Assembly: GCA_951406725.2 (NCBI GenBank)
Contig: OX597824.1
Coordinates: 16,864,001 to 16,928,000 of the forward strand
DNA length: 64,000 bases
Origin: Octopus vulgaris
Taxonomy: Eukaryota
Reading direction: 5' to 3'
Shown: piece after piece, positions 55,375-64,000 of the stretch
How the letters are laid out: each line of letters begins with the position of its first letter
Numbering within the stretch: the first letter of the stretch is position 1
Program-made: the position numbers and the translations under genes
The notes under the pieces: model-generated
Database searches by the model: none
Told to the model about the DNA's origin: nothing
Seen by the model: the letters and a program-made list of their open reading frames with translations, nothing else

Positions 55375-55570
55375 TTGACCGTGAATTAACCGCTAGCCCC
55401 CAAGGCTTTTTTTTATTCTCTCTCTATTTATTTCCTCTTGCTCCTCTCTGCTGAAGAGCGTAGCCTCGAAACGTAAAAGACTTTCTCCCGTTCCTGAGCG
55501 TTAAGGTACTACACCTCTTTGTCGTTTGTACACCTATCTTCGTCTTTTGTTTTTCTGTAAATTCGAACCA
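55375..55570 (+). mobile_element. Family H1 short element with hammerhead-like motif
   Basis: CTGCTGA-A-GAGC-GTAG-CCTC-GAAAC-GTA at 55448-55475. Reverse-complement homologue of 15934-16174. Confidence 0.65.
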
Positions 55571-55589
55571 TATGTATATATATATAAAC

Positions 55590-55700
<111 letters not shown>

Positions 55701-56574
55701 CATACATACATACATATATATAATAATACACACACATATGCATAAATATATACATACATATATACATGTGTATGTATATTCTAGCATAAATGCTTGACGT
55801 ATTTATATATACGCATATAGTATAATGTAGTGTATATATGTGAGTGTAATGTGTATGTTCGTGTGCGCGCGTGTGTGTGTATTGGTAAATCGAAAATAAA
55901 GAAAAAACTAGAAAAAACAAAGTCAAAAGGCCGTACGCAGTGATTGACCCTCGGAGAATGTTTACGATTGGAAAAAGGAGTGAGTGTAAGACTTCGATAA
56001 CGTCTCTTCGTCAGAGAGATATATGAAGAAAACGTCTTGGAGAGGAGGAAAGTAACAGAGCGAGAAAAACACGTCTGCCTTTACACACATATGCGGATAC
56101 ATGCAGCGTATACTGAAAGAGATCCGCCACATACACACACACACACATATATATATATACATATATATAAGATCAATGAATCGTGGTGTAGGAAGATAGT
56201 TAGCTTCGTGAATCCGTAGGAAAAATATATATAAAAAACAACTTTCAGGAACAATTGTGGTTTATTGATACGGAAGTTTGCAGATCATTTTTGTTTATTG
56301 GAGAACGATTAGCAGAAAAAAAGTGTTCTTTTTGTATTCTGCCATTGGTGACCAGGATTGCTGAGTTTGTGAATAGGAGAACGAGAGTTAAGGAATAGGT
56401 CTGGGAAAATCTGGATTACATTTGTTTCATAGCGATTGAAACTTCAGAAGTAGTATAATCCATTTCAAGAAACTATCAATCGGACAGCAAAATAAAAGTC
56501 TGCGGGCCGCATTTGGTTCGCAGGCTTCAGGTTGACCATCCCTCGTCTAAGCCGATTATATATATACCACAGCG

Positions 56575-56965
56575 TTCAACTTGTACTTATTTTATCGAGC
56601 TATAAAGGCAAATTCGACCCCAGCGAAATTTGAACTCAGAATGTAAAGACGGACGAAGAACCGCTAATCATTTTTCCCGGCGTGCCAACGATTCAGCCAG
56701 CTCGCCTTAGGCCGAACGAAATATTATCAGCTATTTCATCCGGTGCTCTAACGATTCTGCCAATCCACCTACCTTCAAGATAGTTTCTTATTTTCAATCA
56801 AGGCGTTTGTCGTTTTTTTCGTTTGGAGACTGATACTCTAATTATCAGCTTTGTAAGGATGAAATCTAAGGTTGGGCACAATAGGATTTGAACTCAGAAT
56901 ATCAAGAGCTGGAAGAATTGATGCAAGACATATTTTTTGCTCATGATTCTATAACAATTCTGCCA
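56575..56965 (-). mobile_element. Diverged family-B SINE pieces
   Basis: ATTTGAACTCAGAATGTAAAGACGGACG...AACGATTC similarity to family B. Confidence 0.65.
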
Positions 56966-57136
56966 CTCTAACAATAATGTTCGTTCTTTCTTGAGGGACA
57001 GCCTTTGTTATGGAGGTAATTTTGCGTTGCTCACTGTCTCTGTTGGCGCTTATTATGGCTGCTTATAAAAGGAGAACAGCGATACCAAAACAGCACCGCC
57101 ACCACCAGCCCCACCACCACCACCACCACCACCACC

Positions 57137-57183
<47 letters not shown>

Positions 57184-57263
57184 CGATAACAACAACAACA
57201 GCAGGCAAACAAACTTCAAAAAATGGACAACGCCGCGAACAACAACACGAACATCAGATCACC

Positions 57264-57661
57264 ATCAACATTAATATTCCTTAATTTGTTAATTTTGACG
57301 TTGATCTAATGTCTGATGGTGCAGACATAGAACCAGAAGGCTTTCCCACCGTGACAATCCAATCAGATTTTTCATATTCAATTTTGTACTAAATAGCGAA
57401 GAATTCAAAATACATCATACATTGTTTTTCTATTCTCTTATTATGATAGTTTTATGGTTAGCACTATCAACACTAATATTTCTTAATTTGTTACTTTTGA
57501 CGTTGATCTAATGCCTGACAATGCAGACATAGAATCAGAAGGCCTTCCCGACGTGACAATCCAATCAGATTTTTCATCTTCAATCTTCTACTAAACAGCG
57601 AAGAATTCGAAATATATCATCTGTTGTTTTTACTATTCTCTTATTATGATAGTTTTATGGT
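57264..57661. repeat. Tandem duplication of a ~200-bp segment
   Basis: 57264-57459 and 57466-57661 are similar along their length. Confidence 0.85.
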
Positions 57662-57719
57662 TTGAATGATAGATTGCTGCTGTTTCTAGAAGTGAAGCCT
57701 CAGACTTCACCGCTTCGCA

Positions 57720-58057
57720 CGAAGTTGCTATTGTTGTTGTAGCTAATGATGCTTGTGTAGATGTTGTTGCTATTGTAATTGTTGATATCGAAGTTGCTAT
57801 GGTAACGTTAGTTTTCTTGTTGGTGATGTTGTAGTTGTTACTCTACTTGTTGTTCTTGTTGTCGCTGTTGTTGAATTGATGATGATGATGATGATGATGT
57901 TGTTGTTGTTGTTGTTGTTGTTGTTGCTGGAGTAGCCGAGTGAAGTGTCAACGTTATGACGAGATTGCTGCATTTTTGTTGCTGCTGTTCATCTTGAATG
58001 TCAGCAGCTACGATGAAGAACGGTGAAGGCAATGCCGATGTTGTAGTCGTTGCTGCT

Positions 58058-58088
<31 letters not shown>

Positions 58089-58255
58089 ACGATGATAATG
58101 CGGATGATAACGTGAGACGAAGATGATGATAATGATGATGATTACAATGATGACGACAGCAGCGAGGATAACGACGGCGGTGACGATGATGGTGGTTACT
58201 ATGATGAGACGATGATAACGATGATAGCGTTGATGATGATGATAATGGCAATGAT

Positions 58256-58287
<32 letters not shown>

Positions 58288-58540
58288 TGATGACGACGAC
58301 GGTGATGATGATGATGATGATGAGGATGATGATGATGATGATGTTGATGATGACGGTGATGATGATGATGATGATGACGACGATGATGATGATGGTGATA
58401 ATGATAATGATGATGATGAGGGGAGAGGGGAGGAAAAGGAGCATGGTAACCAAAAGAATGTTCCTCATAACGATGACAATGATGATGATGAGGGAAACGA
58501 TTATGATGATGATGATGATGATGACGACGATGGCGATTAT
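57720..58540. repeat. Degenerate (GAT)n/(GTT)n trinucleotide region
   Basis: Directly visible. Confidence 0.9.
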
Positions 58541-58580
58541 ACTCTCTGATATCATTTACCCTTCCCTTCTTGTATAAAAA

Positions 58581-58736
58581 AGGCGTCAGTGTGGCTGTGT
58601 GGTAAGTAGCTTACTTACGAGCCACATGGTTCCGGGTTCAGTCCCACGGCATGGCACCTAGGGCATGTGTCATCTACTATAGCATGGGGCCGACCAAAGC
58701 CTTGACGGAAAGTAAAAGAATCCCGGCGTATATATG

Positions 58737-58787
<51 letters not shown>

Positions 58788-59020
58788 GCGTATGTATACG
58801 TTTGTGTCTCTTTTTGTCCCACCAACATCGCTTGACAACCGATGCTGGTGTGTTTATGTCCCTGTAACTTAGCAATTCGGCAAAAAGAGACCGATAGAAT
58901 TAAGTACTAGGCTTCCAAAGAATAAGTCCTGGGGTCGATTTGCTCGACTAAAGGCGGTGCTCCAGCATGGCCGCAGTCAAATGACAAAAAGAAACAAGTA
59001 AAAGAGTAAAAGAGTAAAAG
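58581..59020 (+). mobile_element. Family-A SINE
   Basis: Head, (TA)n and tail as in 10167-10627. Confidence 0.9.
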
Positions 59021-59389
59021 CGTATAGTCCAGACAGGCGTATTCTCTTCATACGTTTACTTCCGCAATGCAATATTCCTAACTTCGCTTCCTTGAGTATT
59101 TTTTATAATGATAACGACTCACGGTTCTCAAAACTGGACATTTTTTTTTCTAAACGTATCATCGTGTGAGTACATGTGTTTATTTGTTTGCTTTTGTGTA
59201 TGTGTGTGTGTGTGTGTGTGCGTGGGTGTGTGCGTGTCTTTTACATTGTTTTATATGGCGTTTTACTTTTGTATTCTTTTATTCGCCATATTTTTCTCCT
59301 AATTGCTGTGTATTTTTTTTCCTCTGGAAATCATATGCAACTACTTGTCTCAATGCGTCATATGCTTGTGCACATGTATGTATGCACGC

Positions 59390-59425
<36 letters not shown>

Positions 59426-59525
59426 GTGTGTGTGTGTGTGTATTTATATATGTATATGACTATACATGTATATATATAAATGTACGTGTGTATATATATA
59501 TATATATATATAAATATATATATAT

Positions 59526-59569
<44 letters not shown>

Positions 59570-59840
59570 GAAAAAAGTGAAAAAACTACAGAAGGCTTCT
59601 CACCTATATATATATATATATATATATATACACTTATATATATATACGTGTGTTTTGATATGTATATGTGTGTATATATTTCGTGTACATATTTATGAGC
59701 ATGTACATCTATGTTTGTATTTATTTGTATGTATACATGTATATGAGTATATAACTATACACGTGTGTGTGGGTGTGCGTGTATGTGTGTATATATTCAC
59801 ATGTATACGCGATTATATATTTCGTGCACATATTTAAAAG

Positions 59841-59912
<72 letters not shown>

Positions 59913-59943
59913 ATCATACGCGCGCACACACACACACACACAA

Positions 59944-59989
<46 letters not shown>

Positions 59990-60340
59990 AATACATACAT
60001 ATATACGCTTATGAATGTGTGAGCACGTGTATCTGTAACTGACGTAACTGCGTTTTTGCATAAAAGTTTTACATGCGCAAGACTGTGCCTGTGAATATGA
60101 TTGTAATGTCGCACATAAATACATGCAAAGATAATTTTGAAATGAATCACAAAGCGAAAAATATTCCTCTACTAACACTCATCATTAACACGTAGTGATC
60201 TAACTACATGTTTATCTACATGCAACCATATATATATAAATACGTACAACTGAATACGCACATATACATACAACCAAACGTATACATATGCATGCGTATA
60301 TTCTGACGCACACTTATAAAAACATACGTACATACATATA

Positions 60341-60382
<42 letters not shown>

Positions 60383-60454
60383 TATAAATACACACATATA
60401 TATATACGTGTATATTTATGTATACATATGTATTTGTTTATCCGCGTCTATACG

Positions 60455-60521
<67 letters not shown>

Positions 60522-60787
60522 CATGTATGTATATGCATACACCCACAGAAGTAAAGATATATATGTAAACCTAGACACGTTGTCGTTATATATATATATA
60601 TGTGTGTGTGTGTGCATTTGTATATGTGTACGTCTCTATGTATGTGTATGTGTATGTATGTGTATGTGAGTGTGAGTACGTCCGTCTACCGTTGGGAATT
60701 TAGACTTTCAGAAGTGCATTTTCTCAAATTCTTCTGCATGATATAATTACATGTTAAGATGGACATATTTATACACATACACACATA

Positions 60788-60827
<40 letters not shown>

Positions 60828-61252
60828 TGTGTCTTTGTGTGTATGTGTGTCTGTACGTGTGACAACCACAGAGCTGGCCAATAGAGTGTGTAGGCGTGGC
60901 TGGTAGTCTACAGGAGAATGAGATAATGGGAGAAGAAAATCGACAGGAATGAACTAGATAAATACAACGACATTTACATATATGTCATTATAGTATTATA
61001 CACACACGCGCACGATATATGCACGTATACCGCACCCCACGTACATACATATGTATATATACAGTTATATATCACACACACACACATAAATGTGTACTTA
61101 GGTATGTACATATATGTATATTAAAATATTTATACACATATGCATATGTTTATACATATATAGAGTTCTATATGTATCTATAGGAATGCCAAATATAAAT
61201 TTATAAACACACACACGGACACACACAGACAAACGCACACACAATATATTTG

Positions 61253-61313
<61 letters not shown>

Positions 61314-61354
61314 ACATATATCTATATATATATATACATATATATAGATATATG

Positions 61355-61393
<39 letters not shown>

Positions 61394-61397
<4 letters not shown>

Positions 61398-61598
61398 TCA
61401 GTTATTTAACTTTGGCCATGCTGGAGCACCGCTTTTTAGTCGAGCAAATCGAACCCATGACTCATTCTTTGTAAGCCTACTACTTATTTTATCGGTCTCT
61501 TTTGCCGAACCACTAAGTTAAGTTACGGGGACGTAAACGCACAGGCATCGGTTGTCAAGCGATGTTGGGAGAACAAACACAAAAACGTACCTACATAC

Positions 61599-61650
<52 letters not shown>

Positions 61651-61800
61651 GACGGGCTTCTTTCAGTTTCCGTCTACCAAATCCACACACAAGGATTTGG
61701 TCGGCCCGAGGCTATAGTAGAAGACACTTACTATTGTAGAAGAGACTGAACCCAGAACCATGTGGTTCGTAAGCAAGCTACTTACCTCACAGCCAATCCT
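61394..61800 (-). mobile_element. Family-A SINE
   Basis: Reverse complement of the family-A sequence. Confidence 0.85.
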
Positions 61801-61822
61801 ATATGCATATACGCATATGTAC

Positions 61823-61902
<80 letters not shown>

Positions 61903-62939
61903 TTATATACCATTGTTTGTCTGTGTATGAGTTGTAGTGTGTTTTCAAGCACGTTGGTAGTTTTGTCGAAAGCCGATCTCAGCAAATTGCTTACCATTTA
62001 ACTCTTTTGCTGCTCATAGTTCTACAAAACAGTAGCTCTAGTGCCAGGGGCATAGAATATATCATCTCATTCTTGCGTGATTGGTGGAGCTAATATGCGA
62101 ATCCAAAGATAGCTGTAAACTCTGCAATGACGCTGCAACTGTTTTCGTTTACAACTTGTTCTTCCGTGTTCTTTGGTTTGTACTTTCCCTTTAGAAGCCT
62201 CCAAGGGAAAATACACGAGTTAACTACATTTTACAGTGGAAAATTACGTTGTGATCTCACTAACAGAACGAAAAACGTCCATTTTATCAATGTTGACACT
62301 GCACGTATCCATGCAGCACGTCAAGCAATCACAACTGCTGTCACCCGTTTCTGAACTGTTGTTCTGTTGTCCTTGCCGAACCCTAGCTCGAGATTGACAG
62401 AGCTGGGTGAATTTTACTTCAAACGTTTGCAATCCTATTTCTGTTCGGAACATCGTACAAAAATTCCCTGTGCTGAACATGAAAACGTAATTACTTTAAA
62501 TTTAAGTTGTTTTCCTCTAATAAGTCTAATCCATACTGACTTTCCAAGACAAAGACATCTCAAACATCAGGACGGTTTATTAAGGCAGTGAGGCAATTCT
62601 CTTGTTCCGAGCATCTTGTATTTATTGCAACGTATACGTTTTATTGACGAGCGCTTCTTTAAAATCAGTCACTATCTAGCTGTCATTAATATTTCCGCCG
62701 TTCATATGCCTGAGTCATAGTTTTAATATATTTACGCTTGTACATTGTTTATTGTTTTTTCTCGCTCTGCTTGTTGAAGACAACATGATACAAATTGAGT
62801 TCGATTCTCATGTCTTTGAGTTTGATGGATTGCTTTTATGGTGTATCCGTAATCTTTTAAATTCTTACTTTTTCCTCGTTTCAGATGAGGAACTGCAGCC
62901 GTACTGTATTACTGAGATCCTTGTACTATTTTTTTTAGT

Positions 62940-63142
62940 GTGATATATTCTGTCAGTCTCTTTAGCCGAACAGCTACATTAAGAGAAAGTAATCAAACCA
63001 ACACCGGTTTTCAAGCGGTGGTGGGGAAACACAAGCACAGACACGTACACTCATACACATATATACATGATTTGTGTCAGTGTTTATGTGTGTGTGTGTG
63101 TGCATATATATCTATATGTATATGTATGTATGTTTATATATA

Positions 63143-63178
<36 letters not shown>

Positions 63179-63215
63179 TGTATGTATGTATACACACATA
63201 CACACACACACACTC

Positions 63216-63257
<42 letters not shown>

Positions 63258-63410
63258 GTATACGACGACAGGCTTCGCGCATTGGACCTCTTAGAAATTT
63301 ACTCACAACATATTGGTCAGCTGGCGGTATAGTGGTGGCCATCAGTGGGATTGAACCTGATGTTGCGTAGTCACAAAGCAAGCTTCTTAACCACACATCT
63401 ATGCCATTCC
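62940..63410 (-). mobile_element. Diverged family-A SINE
   Basis: Tail 62940-63045 and head 63262-63410 around an expanded microsatellite. Confidence 0.65.
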
Positions 63411-64000
63411 AAAGCCTAGTGATGCATTCACACACATTCTAAAAAGGATGAGTCGCGTGTTGCTACACTCTGTGTCACTGATCCATAACGTGTGTGCGCG
63501 CATAACAATTAGTGTGGTCAGTCCATCTTTACCGCCTGACAGAGTTTACGGCCACGGCAGATTATATATTACACTCTAAGAATACACACTACAAGAACAG
63601 GTCCATTTACCTAAAAATTTTCTACAACGATAGGTGATTACTTCCTTCACTAGATCGACATTGAAACTGCGCAAGAGCATTGGCTCTTCCTAACCCATAA
63701 CTCCACTTGTTTACGTGTACGGTCCTGCTTTTAAAACATGATATTTTGGTTAGAAAATAACTAGCGTATCGTTCGATAAGTCGTTCGTGTGATATCCATT
63801 CGTTCTTCTATGCAGCTCATTCACACCGATGCATTTTGTAATTAGGGTTGCTGTATACACAGCAGCAGTAGCAGCCTATGCAGCAATAGTAAATCCTCAC
63901 CACCACCACCACCACCACCATCATCAACATCGTCATCACCATCATCATCATCATCATCATTATCATCATCATCATCACCATCATCATCGTCATCGTCATC

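Noticed and set aside
62000-62600. Non-repetitive block with short ORFs, possibly a transposon relic or exon
   Set aside because: No recognisable protein motif or terminal repeat; cannot be supported from sequence alone.

Overview
Eukaryotic, AT-rich, extremely microsatellite-dense non-coding DNA (intergenic or large intron). The repeat content suggests a coleoid cephalopod, most likely Octopus; this is an inference from SINE families recognised from memory, with no search run. No intact host protein-coding gene is supported: nearly all listed ORFs are translations of (AT)n, (CTAT)n, (TTCC)n or trinucleotide tracts. The window holds several tRNA-derived SINE families (about 18 copies or fragments of one bipartite family), four non-autonomous Helitrons, decayed Tc1/mariner transposases, and CR1-like and RTE-like LINE 3' ends. 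The most notable signal is a set of short elements inserted in or next to (TA)n tracts that carry minimal hammerhead ribozyme motifs (about 12 intact or degenerate, plus 3 half-motifs), some in fold-back form, consistent with Penelope-like or retrozyme-like elements. All coordinates were read by eye and boundaries may be off by a few bases.
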